In this document: piece by piece, positions 26,701-40,740 of the stretch
Layout of the letters: every line of letters begins with the position of its first letter
Position numbering within the stretch: position 1 is the first letter of the stretch
NCBI RefSeq assembly: GCF_009914755.1
Contig: NC_060944.1
Source of the DNA: the human T2T-CHM13v2.0 reference genome, Homo sapiens
DNA length: 64,000 nucleotides
Reading direction: 5' to 3' (one strand)
Notes under the pieces: generated by a model
Told to the model about the DNA's origin: nothing
What the model saw: only the letters and a program-made list of their open reading frames with translations
Databases searched by the model: none
Made by a program: the position numbers and the translations under genes

Positions 26701-29700
26701 GAATAGAATGAAATATAAACAACCCGACTGGAAAGGAATGGAATGGAATGGAATGGAATGGAATGGAATGGAATGGAATCAACCTGAGTGGACTGAAACG
26801 CATCGGAATTGAATGGAACAAACGCGAGGGGAATGCAGCGGAATGGAATGGAATGGAATGGAATGGAATGGAATGGGATGGAATGGAATGGAATCAACTT
26901 GAGTGGAATGTAATAGAATGGAATGGAATGGGATCAAACCGACTGGAATGGAATGGAATGGAATGGAATGGAATGGAATGGAATGGAATTTAACGGAATA
27001 AACCCCAGTGGAATGGAATGGAATGGAATGGAGTGGAATGCAATGGAATGGATTGGAATGGACTGAACCCCTGTGGAAAAGAATGGAATGGAATGAAATG
27101 AAAGGCAATGGAATGGATTGGAATCAACCTTGTTGGAATGGAATGGAATGGAATGGAATGGAATCAACCCGAATGGAATGTAATGGAAAAGAATGGAATG
27201 GAATGGAATGGAATGGAATGGAATGGAATGGAATGGAATCAACACGAGTGACATGGAATGGAATGGAATGGAATGGGATGGAATGGAATCATCACGAGTG
27301 GCATGGAAAGGAATGGAATGGAGTGGAATCGAATGGAATGGAATGGAATAGAAGGGAATGGAATGGAATCAAACCAAGTGGAATGCAATGGAATGGAATG
27401 GAAAGGAAAGGAATTGAATGGAGTGTAATAGAATGGAAGAGAATGGAATGGAAGGGAATTGAATGGAATGGAATCAAACGGAGTGGAATGAAGTGGAGTG
27501 GAATGGAATGGAATGGAATGGAACGGAATGGAATTGAACGGAATGGAATGGAATGGAATGGAATGGAATGGAATGGAATGGAATTGTACGGAATGGAATG
27601 GAATGGTATCAACCCAAATGTAATGGAATGGAATGGAATGAAATGGAATGTATCGAATGGAATCAAACGGAGTGGAATGGAATGGAAAGGAATGGATTTG
27701 AATGGAATGGAATCAACCCAAGTGTAATGGAATGGAATGGAATGGAATGAATGGAATGGATTCAACCCGGCTGGAATTTAATGTAACGGAAAAGAATGGA
27801 AAGGAAAGGAATGGAATACAATGGAATGGAATGGATTGGAATGGAATGGAATGGACGCAATGGAATCAACCCGAGTGGAATGCAATGGAAAGGAATGGAA
27901 TGGAATGGAAGGGAAAGGAATCAACCCGCGTGGAATGGAAAGGATTGGAATGGAATGGACTGCAATGGATGGAATGCAATCAACCCGAGTGGAATGCAAT
28001 GTAATGGAATAGAATGGAAGGGAATGGCATGGAATGGAATGTAACGGAATGGATTGGAATAGCATGGAATCAACCAGAGTGGAAAGGAATGGAATCGAGT
28101 GGAATGGAGTAGAATGGGTTGGAATGGAATGTAATGGAAGGGAATGAAACCGAGTGCAAAGTTATGGAACGGATTGTAGTGGAATGGAATGGAATGGAAA
28201 GCAACGGAATAGAATTAACCTGAGTGGAATGGACTGGATTGGATTGGATTGGAATGGAATGGAGCGGAATGGATTCAACGCGAGTGAAATGGAATGGAAT
28301 GCAATGGAATGGATTGGAATGGAATCAAACAGACTGGAATGGAATGGAATGGAATGGAATGGAATAGAATGGAATCAACGCGAGTGGAATGGATTGGAAT
28401 GGAATGGAAAGGAATAGAATGGAATGGAATGGAACGGAATGGAATGGAATGGAATGGAATCGAATGGAATCAACCCAAGTGGAATGCAATGGAATGGAAT
28501 GGAATGGAATGGAAAGTTATTGAATGGAATAGAATGGAACGGAAGGAATGGAAAGGAATGGAGTCAACCCGAGTGGAGTGGAATGGAATGGAATGGAACG
28601 AAAGGTATTGAATGGAATAGAATGGAATGGATGGAATGGAATCAACCCGAGGGGAATGTAATGGAATGTAATGGAATTGAATGGAATCAACGTGAGTCGA
28701 ATGGAATGGAATGCAATGGAATGGATTGGAATGGAATCAACCCGAATGTACTGGAATGGAATGGATTGGAATGCAAAGGAATGTAATCAACATGAGTGGA
28801 ATTGAATGGAATGGAATGGAAGGGAATAGAATCAGCCCGACAAGAATGGAATTGAATGCAATGGAATGAAACGCAATGGAATGGAATGGAATTTAATGGA
28901 AAGGTATGGAATGGATTGGAATGTAATGGAATGGAATGGAATCAACATGATTGGAATGGAATGGAAAGGAATGGAATAGAATGGAATGGAAAGGAATGAA
29001 ATGGAAACAATCCACGTGGAATGGAATAGAATGGAATGGAAACAATCCGACTAGAATGGAATGAAATGGAATGGAATGGAATGGAAAGGAATCAATCCGA
29101 ATGGAATTGAATGGAATGGATTGGATTGGAATCGACCCATTTGGAATGGAATGGAGCAGAGTGGAATGGAATGGAATGGATTGGAATGGAATGGAATGGA
29201 ATCAACCTGAATGGAATGGAATGGATTGGAAGGGAATGGAATGGAACGGAAACAACCAGAGTGGAATGGAATGGAATGGCATGGAATCAACCGGAGTGCA
29301 ATGCAATGGAATGGAATGGAATGGAATGGAATGGAATGGAGTGGAATCAAACCAATTGGAATGGAATGGAATGGAATGGAATGGAATGGAATGGAATGGA
29401 ATCGAATGGAAAGCAATAGAATGTAAGCAAGCCGAGTGGAACGGAATGGAATGGTTTGGAATGGAATGGAATGGAATACACCCGAGTGCAATGGAATGGA
29501 ATGCAATGGAATGGATAGGAATGGAATAAACCCGAGTGGACTGGAACGGAATGGAATGGAATATAATGGAATCAACCCGAGTGGAATGCAATGGAATGGA
29601 ATGGAATGGAAAGGAATGGAATGGATTCAACATGATTGTAAAGGAATGGAATGGAATTGAATGGAGTCAACCGGAGTGGAATGCAATGGAATGGAAGGGA

Positions 29701-30710
29701 TTGGGATAGAATGGAATGGAATGGAAAGGAACGGAATCAATCCGAGTGGTATGGAAAGGAATATGTTGGAATAGAATGGAATGGAATGGAATGGAATGGA
29801 ATGGAATCAACCTGAGTGGAATGGAATGGATTGGAATGGAATGGAATGGAATGGAATGGAAAGGAATGGAATGGAATGGAATGGAATGAAATGGATTAGA
29901 TTCAACCCGAGTGGAATGGAATGGAATGGAGTGGAATGGAATGGAATGGAATGTTATCAAATTGTGTGGAATGGAACAGAATGGAATGGAATTGACTGGA
30001 ATCAAACCGAGTAGAATGTAAAGGAATGTAATGGAACGTTATTAAACCGAGTGTAATGGAATGGAATGTAACGGATTGTAATCGAATGGAGTGGAATGGA
30101 ATGGAATGGAATCAAACCGAGTGGAATGCAATGGAATGGTTTCGAATGGAATGGAATGGAATGGAGTGGAATCAACCAGAGTGGAAGGAATGGAATTGAA
30201 TGGAAAAGAATGGAATGGAATGGAATGCAATGGAATGGGATGGAAAGGATTCAACCCGTGTGGAATGGAGTGGAATGGAATGGTATAGAATGGAATGGAA
30301 TGGAATGGAATGGAATGGAATCAACCCGACTAGAATGGAATGGAATGAAATGGAACGCAATGGAACAGGGAGGAATTGAATGAAATGGTATGGAATGGAA
30401 TGGAATCGAATGAACACGAATGGAATGGAATGGAATGCAAAGGAATGCAATGGAATCAACGCGAGTGGAATGGAATGGAATAGAATGGAATGGAATGGAA
30501 TGGAATGGAATGAAATGTAATAGAATAGAAAGGAATGGCAAAAAGACGAGGGGAATGGAATGGATTGGAATGGAATGGAATGGAATGAAATGGAATGGCG
30601 TGTAATGGAATAGAATGGAAAGGAAAGGAATCAAGCCGAGTGGAATACAAGGAATAGAATGGAATGCAATGGAATGGAATGGAATGGAATGGAATGGAAT
30701 GGAATGGAAT
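23791..30710 (+). repeat. 6.9-kb unit copy 3
   Basis: Same marker order (23796, 24326, 25601). Confidence 0.92.
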
Positions 30711-33700
30711 AGAATCAACGTGAGTGGAGTGGAATAGATTCAAATGGAATACAATGGAATGGAATGCAATGGAATGGAATGGAATGGAATCAACAGGAGA
30801 GGAATGGAATGGAATGGAATGGCTTTGAATGGAATGGAATGGAATGGAATGGAATTTAATCAAATGGAATGGAATGGAATGGAATGGAATGCAATCAACA
30901 TGTGTGGAATGCAATGGAACAGAATGGAATGGAATGTAAAGGAATGGAATGGAATGGAATCTAATTGAATCAAACCAAGTGGAATGGAATGAAATGTAAT
31001 GGAATGCAATGGAATGGAATGAAATGGAATGGAATGGAATGGAATGGAATGGAAGGCAGTTTAATGGAATGGAATGGAATGGAATCACCCCGAGTGGAAT
31101 GGGAAGAAATGGAATAAAATGGAATCAACCAGAGTGGAATAGAATGGAATGAAATGGAATACAATGGAATCGAATCAAACCGACTGCAATGGAATGGAAT
31201 GGAATGGAATGGAATGGAATGGAATGGAATGGAAAGGAATGGAATCAACCCCCGTGGAATGGAATGGAATGGAATGAAATGGAATGCAATGGAATCAACC
31301 CGAGAGGAATGGTATGGAATGGAATGGAATGGAATAAATTGGAATGGAATGGAGTCAACTCGAGTGGAATGGAATAGAATAGAACGGAAGGAAATAGAAT
31401 GGAATCAACCCCAGTTGATTGCAATGGAATGGAATGGAATAGAATGAAATGGAATGCAATCAAACCGAGTGAAATGGGAAGGATTGGAATGGAATGGAAT
31501 GGAATGCAATGGAATGGAATGGAATGGAATGGAATGGAATGGAATGGAATGGAATGGATTGGAATGGAATGTAATCAACCCGATTTGAATGGTATAGAAT
31601 GGAATGCAACGGAAGGGAATCAATCCAAGTGGAATGGAATGGAATGGAATGGAATGGAATGGAATGGAATGGAATGCCATGCAATGGAATGGAATGGAGT
31701 GGAATGGAATGGAATGGAATGGAATGGAATGGAATGGAATGGATTGGAATGGAATGTAATCAACCCGATTTGAATGGTATAGAATGGAATGGAACGGAAG
31801 GGAATCAATCCAAGTGGAATGGAATGGAATGGAATGGAATGCCATGCAATGGAATGGAATGGAATGGAATGGAATGGAATGGAATGGAATGGAATCAACT
31901 TGAATGGAATGGAATGCAATAGAACGTAATGTAATGGAAAGGAATGCAATGGAATGCAATCAACACGAATGCAATGGAATGGAACGGAGTGGAATTTATT
32001 GGAATCGAATGGAATGTAATGTAATGAAAGCAAGTGGAATGGAATTCAATGCAATGCAATAGTGGGGAATGTAATGTAATATAATAGAATGGAATGGAAT
32101 GGAAAGGAACGGAATGGAATTGAATGGAATGGAATGGAATGGAATCCTCCCGCGTTGAATGGAATGGAAAGGAATGGAATGAAGTGAAATGGATTGGAAT
32201 GGAATGGAATGGAATGGAAAGGAATCAACCCGAGTGGAATGGAATGGAATGGAATGGAGTGGAATGGAATGGGATGGAATGGAATGGAGTGGAATGGAAT
32301 GGGGTGGAATGGAATCAATCCTACTGGAATGGAATGGAATGGGATGGAAAGGAATGGAGTGGAATGAAATGAAATGAAATGGAATCAACCCGAGTGGCAT
32401 GGAATGGAATGGAATGGAATGGAATGGAATGGAATGGAATGGAATAAAATGGAATGAAATCAACCCTAGTAGAATGGAATGGAATGGAATGGAATGGAAT
32501 GGAATGGAATGGAATAGAATCAACGTGAGTGGAGTGGAATAGATTCAAATGGAATACAATGGAATGGAATGCAATGGAATGGAATGGAATGGAATCAACA
32601 GGAGAGGAATGGAATGGAATGGAATGGCTTTGAATGGAATGGAATGGAATGGAATGGAATTTAATCAAATGGAATGGAATGGAATGGAATGGAATGCAAT
32701 CAACATGTGTGGAATGCAATGGAACAGAATGGAATGGAATGTAAAGGAATGGAATGGAATGGAATCTAATTGAATCAAACCAAGTGGAATGGAATGAAAT
32801 GTAATGGAATGCAATGGAATGGAATGGAATGGAATGGAATGGAATGGAATGGAATGGAAGGCAGTTTAATGGAATGGAATGGAATGGAATCACCCCGAGT
32901 GGAATGGGAAGAAATGGAATAAAATGGAATCAACCAGAGTGGAATAGAATGGAATGAAATGGAATACAATGGAATCGAATCAAACCGACTGCAATGGAAT
33001 GGAATGGAATGGAATGGAATGGAATGGAATGGAATGGAATGGATTGGATTGTGATGGAATCGAATGGAATTCAGTCAACCCGAATGGTATAGAATGGAAT
33101 GGAATGGAATGGAATGGAATGGAATCAACTCTACTGGAACGTAATATAATGGAATGGAATTGAATGGAAAGGAATGGAATGGAATGGAATGGAATGCAAT
33201 GGAAAGGAATGGAATCAACAAGAGTGGAATGGAATGGAATGGAATGGAACGGAATGGAATGGAATGCAAAGGAATTGAATCGAATCAACACGAATGGAAT
33301 GGATTGCATTGGAATGGAATGGATTGGAATGGAATCCAAACGACTTGCATGGATGGAATGGAATGGATTGGAATGGAATGGAATGGAATCAGTTCAAGTG
33401 GAATGGAGTGGAATTGAATGGAATGGAATGGAATGGAATCGAATTGAATGGATTGGAATGGAATCAAACTGAGTGGAATGGAATGGAATGGAATGGAATG
33501 GAATGGAATGGAATGGAATGGAATGGAATAGAATGGAATGGAATGGAATGGCTTTTATTCAACTCGAGTGGAATGGAATGGAATGGAATGGAATGGAATG
33601 GGTTGGAATGGAATGCAATGGAATGGAATGGAATAGAATGAAATATAAACAACCCGACTGGAAAGGAATGGAATGGAATGGAATGGAATGGAATGGAATG

Positions 33701-36700
33701 GAATCAACCTGAGTGGACTGAAACGCATCGGAATTGAATGGAACAAACGCGAGGGGAATGCAGCGGAATGGAATGGAATGGAATGGAATGGAATGGAATG
33801 GGATGGAATGGAATGGAATCAACTTGAGTGGAATGTAATAGAATGGAATGGAATGGGATCAAACCGACTGGAATGGAATGGAATGGAATGGAATGGAATG
33901 GAATGGAATGGAATTTAACGGAATAAACCCCAGTGGAATGGAATGGAATGGAATGGAGTGGAATGCAATGGAATGGATTGGAATGGACTGAACCCCTGTG
34001 GAAAAGAATGGAATGGAATGAAATGAAAGGCAATGGAATGGATTGGAATCAACCTTGTTGGAATGGAATGGAATGGAATGGAATGGAATCAACCCGAATG
34101 GAATGTAATGGAAAAGAATGGAATGGAATGGAATGGAATGGAATGGAATGGAATGGAATGGAATCAACACGAGTGACATGGAATGGAATGGAATGGAATG
34201 GGATGGAATGGAATCATCACGAGTGGCATGGAAAGGAATGGAATGGAGTGGAATCGAATGGAATGGAATGGAATAGAAGGGAATGGAATGGAATCAAACC
34301 AAGTGGAATGCAATGGAATGGAATGGAAAGGAAAGGAATTGAATGGAGTGTAATAGAATGGAAGAGAATGGAATGGAAGGGAATTGAATGGAATGGAATC
34401 AAACGGAGTGGAATGAAGTGGAGTGGAATGGAATGGAATGGAATGGAACGGAATGGAATTGAACGGAATGGAATGGAATGGAATGGAATGGAATGGAATG
34501 GAATGGAATTGTACGGAATGGAATGGAATGGTATCAACCCAAATGTAATGGAATGGAATGGAATGAAATGGAATGTATCGAATGGAATCAAACGGAGTGG
34601 AATGGAATGGAAAGGAATGGATTTGAATGGAATGGAATCAACCCAAGTGTAATGGAATGGAATGGAATGGAATGAATGGAATGGATTCAACCCGGCTGGA
34701 ATTTAATGTAACGGAAAAGAATGGAAAGGAAAGGAATGGAATACAATGGAATGGAATGGATTGGAATGGAATGGAATGGACGCAATGGAATCAACCCGAG
34801 TGGAATGCAATGGAAAGGAATGGAATGGAATGGAAGGGAAAGGAATCAACCCGCGTGGAATGGAAAGGATTGGAATGGAATGGACTGCAATGGATGGAAT
34901 GCAATCAACCCGAGTGGAATGCAATGTAATGGAATAGAATGGAAGGGAATGGCATGGAATGGAATGTAACGGAATGGATTGGAATAGCATGGAATCAACC
35001 AGAGTGGAAAGGAATGGAATCGAGTGGAATGGAGTAGAATGGGTTGGAATGGAATGTAATGGAAGGGAATGAAACCGAGTGCAAAGTTATGGAACGGATT
35101 GTAGTGGAATGGAATGGAATGGAAAGCAACGGAATAGAATTAACCTGAGTGGAATGGACTGGATTGGATTGGATTGGAATGGAATGGAGCGGAATGGATT
35201 CAACGCGAGTGAAATGGAATGGAATGCAATGGAATGGATTGGAATGGAATCAAACAGACTGGAATGGAATGGAATGGAATGGAATGGAATAGAATGGAAT
35301 CAACGCGAGTGGAATGGATTGGAATGGAATGGAAAGGAATAGAATGGAATGGAATGGAACGGAATGGAATGGAATGGAATGGAATCGAATGGAATCAACC
35401 CAAGTGGAATGCAATGGAATGGAATGGAATGGAATGGAAAGTTATTGAATGGAATAGAATGGAACGGAAGGAATGGAAAGGAATGGAGTCAACCCGAGTG
35501 GAGTGGAATGGAATGGAATGGAACGAAAGGTATTGAATGGAATAGAATGGAATGGATGGAATGGAATCAACCCGAGGGGAATGTAATGGAATGTAATGGA
35601 ATTGAATGGAATCAACGTGAGTCGAATGGAATGGAATGCAATGGAATGGATTGGAATGGAATCAACCCGAATGTACTGGAATGGAATGGATTGGAATGCA
35701 AAGGAATGTAATCAACATGAGTGGAATTGAATGGAATGGAATGGAAGGGAATAGAATCAGCCCGACAAGAATGGAATTGAATGCAATGGAATGAAACGCA
35801 ATGGAATGGAATGGAATTTAATGGAAAGGTATGGAATGGATTGGAATGTAATGGAATGGAATGGAATCAACATGATTGGAATGGAATGGAAAGGAATGGA
35901 ATAGAATGGAATGGAAAGGAATGAAATGGAAACAATCCACGTGGAATGGAATAGAATGGAATGGAAACAATCCGACTAGAATGGAATGAAATGGAATGGA
36001 ATGGAATGGAAAGGAATCAATCCGAATGGAATTGAATGGAATGGATTGGATTGGAATCGACCCATTTGGAATGGAATGGAGCAGAGTGGAATGGAATGGA
36101 ATGGATTGGAATGGAATGGAATGGAATCAACCTGAATGGAATGGAATGGATTGGAAGGGAATGGAATGGAACGGAAACAACCAGAGTGGAATGGAATGGA
36201 ATGGCATGGAATCAACCGGAGTGCAATGCAATGGAATGGAATGGAATGGAATGGAATGGAATGGAGTGGAATCAAACCAATTGGAATGGAATGGAATGGA
36301 ATGGAATGGAATGGAATGGAATGGAATCGAATGGAAAGCAATAGAATGTAAGCAAGCCGAGTGGAACGGAATGGAATGGTTTGGAATGGAATGGAATGGA
36401 ATACACCCGAGTGCAATGGAATGGAATGCAATGGAATGGATAGGAATGGAATAAACCCGAGTGGACTGGAACGGAATGGAATGGAATATAATGGAATCAA
36501 CCCGAGTGGAATGCAATGGAATGGAATGGAATGGAAAGGAATGGAATGGATTCAACATGATTGTAAAGGAATGGAATGGAATTGAATGGAGTCAACCGGA
36601 GTGGAATGCAATGGAATGGAAGGGATTGGGATAGAATGGAATGGAATGGAAAGGAACGGAATCAATCCGAGTGGTATGGAAAGGAATATGTTGGAATAGA

Positions 36701-37560
36701 ATGGAATGGAATGGAATGGAATGGAATGGAATCAACCTGAGTGGAATGGAATGGATTGGAATGGAATGGAATGGAATGGAATGGAAAGGAATGGAATGGA
36801 ATGGAATGGAATGAAATGGATTAGATTCAACCCGAGTGGAATGGAATGGAATGGAGTGGAATGGAATGGAATGGAATGTTATCAAATTGTGTGGAATGGA
36901 ACAGAATGGAATGGAATTGACTGGAATCAAACCGAGTAGAATGTAAAGGAATGTAATGGAACGTTATTAAACCGAGTGTAATGGAATGGAATGTAACGGA
37001 TTGTAATCGAATGGAGTGGAATGGAATGGAATGGAATCAAACCGAGTGGAATGCAATGGAATGGTTTCGAATGGAATGGAATGGAATGGAGTGGAATCAA
37101 CCAGAGTGGAAGGAATGGAATTGAATGGAAAAGAATGGAATGGAATGGAATGCAATGGAATGGGATGGAAAGGATTCAACCCGTGTGGAATGGAATGGAA
37201 TGAAATGGAACGCAATGGAACAGGGAGGAATTGAATGAAATGGTATGGAATGGAATGGAATCGAATGAACACGAATGGAATGGAATGGAATGCAAAGGAA
37301 TGCAATGGAATCAACGCGAGTGGAATGGAATGGAATAGAATGGAATGGAATGGAATGGAATGGAATGAAATGTAATAGAATAGAAAGGAATGGCAAAAAG
37401 ACGAGGGGAATGGAATGGATTGGAATGGAATGGAATGGAATGAAATGGAATGGCGTGTAATGGAATAGAATGGAAAGGAAAGGAATCAAGCCGAGTGGAA
37501 TACAAGGAATAGAATGGAATGCAATGGAATGGAATGGAATGGAATGGAATGGAATGGAAT
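30711..37560 (+). repeat. 6.9-kb unit copy 4 (70-bp deletion near 37190)
   Basis: Markers at 30716, 31246, 32521. The CAACCCGTGT-to-CGCAAT distance is 34 bp here (37177 to 37211) versus 104 bp in copy 1 (16427 to 16531). Confidence 0.92.
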
Positions 37561-38455
37561 CAACCCGAGTGGAATGGAATGGATGGCAATGGAATGGAAT
37601 GGAATGGAATGGAAAGGAATGGAATGGAATGGAATGGAATGAAATGGATTGGATTCAACCCGAGGGGAATGGAATGGAATGGAGTGGAATGGAATGGAAT
37701 GGAATGTTATCAAATTGTGTGGAATGGAACAGAATGGAATGGAATTGACTGGAATCAAACCGAGTAGAATGTAAAGGAATGTAATGGAACGTTATTAAAC
37801 CGAGTGTAATGGAATGGAATGTAACGGATTGTAATCGAATGGAGTGGAATGGAATGGAATGGAATCAAACCGAGTGGAATGCAATGGAATGGTTTCGAAT
37901 GGAATGGAATGGAATGGAGTGGAATCAACCAGAGTGGAAGGAATGGAATTGAATGGAAAAGAATGGAATGGAATGGAATGCAATGGAATGGGATGGAAAG
38001 GATTCAACCCGTGTGGAATGGAGTGGAATGGAATGGTATAGAATGGAATGGAATGGAATGGAATGGAATCAACCCGAGTAGAATGGAATGGAATGAAATG
38101 GAACGCAATGGAACAGGGAGGAATTGAATGAAATGGTATGGAATGGAATGGAATCGAAAGAACACGAATGGAATGGAATGGAATGCAAAGGAATGCAATG
38201 GAATCAACCCGAGTGGAATGGAATGGAATAGAATGGAATGGAATGGAATGGAATGGAATGGAATGTAATAGAATAGAAAGGAATGGCAAAAAGACGAGGG
38301 GAATGGAATGGATTGGAATGGAATGGAATGGAATGAAATGGAATGGCGTGTAATGGAATAGAATGGAAAGGAAAGGAATCAAGCCGAGTGGAATACAAGG
38401 AATAGAATGGAATGCAATGGAATGGAATGGAATGGAATGGAATGGAATGGAATCA
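36730..38455 (+). repeat. Older ~0.9-kb tandem duplication of the module C tail, spanning the right edge of the 6.9-kb array
   Basis: CAAATTGTGT at 36883 and 37711. TACAAGG at 37501 and 38394. GGCAAAAAGACGAGGGG and CAGGGAGG are duplicated. The second copy has several SNVs and lacks the 70-bp deletion. Confidence 0.9.
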
Positions 38456-39729
38456 ACCCGAGTGGAATGCAATGGAATGGAACAGAATGGAAAGGAATGG
38501 AATGGAATCAACCCGATTGCCAGGGAATGGAACGGAATGGAATGGAATCAAGCGGAGTGGAATGCAATGGAATGGAAGCGATTGGGATAGAATGGAATGG
38601 ACTGAAATGGAGTCAACCCGATTGGAATCGAATGGAATGGAATGCAATGGAGTGGAATGGAATGGAATGGAATGGAATGGAATGGAATGGAATGGAATGG
38701 AATGGAATCAAACCGAGTGGTGTGGAATGGAATTGAATGGAATGGAATGGATTAAATTGGAATGAAAAGGAATGGAATGGAATGTAATGGAATGGAACAG
38801 AATGGAAAGGAATCAACCCGTGTGGAATGGAACGGAATCGAATGGAATGGAAAGAAATGAATGGAAAGGAATCAACCAGAGTGGAATGGAACTCAGTGGA
38901 ATGGAATGTAATGGACTTAACCAGAGTGAAACGGAATGGAAAGCAATGGAATGGAATGGAATGGAATCAAGCCAAGAGAAATGGAATGGAATGGAATGGC
39001 ATGTAATGGAATGGAATGAAATCAACCCGAGTGGTATGGAATGGAATGTAATGGGATGGAATTGATTGGAATAGAGTGGATTGGATTCTATCCGAGTGGA
39101 ATGGAAAGGAATGGAATGGAATGGAAAGGAATAGAATGGAATGGAATGGAATGGAATGGATTGGAATGGAATGGAATGAAACCAAGTGGAATGGAATGGA
39201 TTGGGATGGAATGGAATAGAATCAACTAGAATGGAAAGGAATGAAATGGAATGGAATGCAATGGAATGGAAAGGAATGGAATCAAGCCGTGTGGAATGTA
39301 ATGCAAAGGAATGGAATGGAATGGAATGGAATGGAATGGAATGGAATCAACAAAAGTGGAATGGAATGGGATGGAATGGAATGGAATGGAATGGAAAGCA
39401 ATGGAGTCAAACCGAATGGAATCGAATGGAATGGAATGCAATGGAATGGAATGGAATGGAATGGAATGGAATGGGATGGAATGGAATCAAACCGAGTAGA
39501 ATGGAATGGAATGGAATGGAATGGAATGGAATGGAATGGAATGGAATGGAATGGAATCAACCCGCGTGGAAAGGAATGGAATGCAATGGAATGGATTGGA
39601 ATGGAAAAAACACGAGTGGAATGGATTGGAATGAAATGGATTGGAATTGAATCAGCCCCACCGGAATGGAATTGAATGGAATGGATTGAAATGGAATGGA
39701 ATGGAATGGAATGGAATGGAATGGAATGG

Positions 39730-40740
39730 AATGGAATGGAATGGAATAGAATGCAATGGAATGGAAAGGAATCAACCCGAGTGGAATGCAATGGAATGGA
39801 ATGGAATCAACCTCAGTGGAATAGAATGGAATGTAATGAAATGGTATGAAATGGTTGGATGGAATGGAATGGACTCAAAATCAGTGGAATGGAATGGAAT
39901 GGAAACGAATGGAGTGGAATGGAATGGAAGCAACCCAAGTGGAATGGAATGGATAGGAACGGAATGGAATGGAATGGAATGGAAAGGAACACAATGGAAT
40001 TTAATCGAATGGAGTGGAATGGAATGGAATGGAATGGAAACAATGCGAATCTAATGGAATGTAACGGAATGGAATGTAGTGGAATGGAATGGAATGGAAT
40101 GGAAACAATGCGAGTGAAATGGAATGGAATGGAATGGAATGGAATGGAATAGAGTGGAATCGAATGCAATTGATTTGAATGGAATGGAATCAACTGGAAT
40201 GGAATGGAATGGAATGGAATGGAATGGAATGGAATGGAATAGAATGCAATGGAATGGAAAGGAATCAACCCGAGTGGAATGCAATGGAATGGAATGGAAT
40301 CAACCTCAGTTGAATAGAATGGAATGTAATGAAATGGTATGAAATGGTTGGATGGAACGGAATGGACTCAAAATCAGTGGAATGGAATGGAATGGAAACG
40401 AATGGAGTGGAATGGAATGGAAGCAACCCAAGTGGAATGGAATGGATAGGAACGGAATGGAATGGAATGGAATGGAAAGGAACACAATGGAATTTAATCG
40501 AATGGAGTGGAATGGAATGGAATGGAATGGAATGGAAACAATGCGAATCTAATGGAATGTAACGGAATGGAATGTAGTGGAATGGAATGGAATGGAATGG
40601 AAACAATGCGAGTGAAATGGAATGGAATGGAATGGAATGGAATGGAATAGAGTGGAATCGAATGCAATTGATTTGAATGGAATGGAATCAACTGGAATGG
40701 AATGGAATGGAATGGAATGGAATGGAATGGAATGGAATCA
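39730..40740 (+). repeat. ~0.5-kb tandem duplication
   Basis: CAACCTCAGT at 39808 and 40301 (offset 493). GGTTGGATGG...GGACTCAAAATCAGT and CAATGCGAATCTAAT are duplicated. Confidence 0.9.

Larger units (their letters stand above)
9966..37560 (+). repeat. ~6.9-kb higher-order tandem repeat, 4 near-identical copies (unit = B-A-B-C)
   Basis: Marker CAACGTGAGTGGAGTGGAATAGATTCAAAT starts units at 9971, 16891, 23796, 30716 (spacing 6920, 6905, 6920). The ORF track repeats at the same offsets, e.g. the identical 239-aa ORF at 13183, 20088, 27008, 33933. Confidence 0.96.

Noticed and set aside
9966-37560. 6.9-kb array as a pure assembly artefact
   Set aside because: The copies carry distinct, hierarchically shared SNVs, different pentamer counts and a private 70-bp deletion. 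The exact copy number still needs spanning reads.
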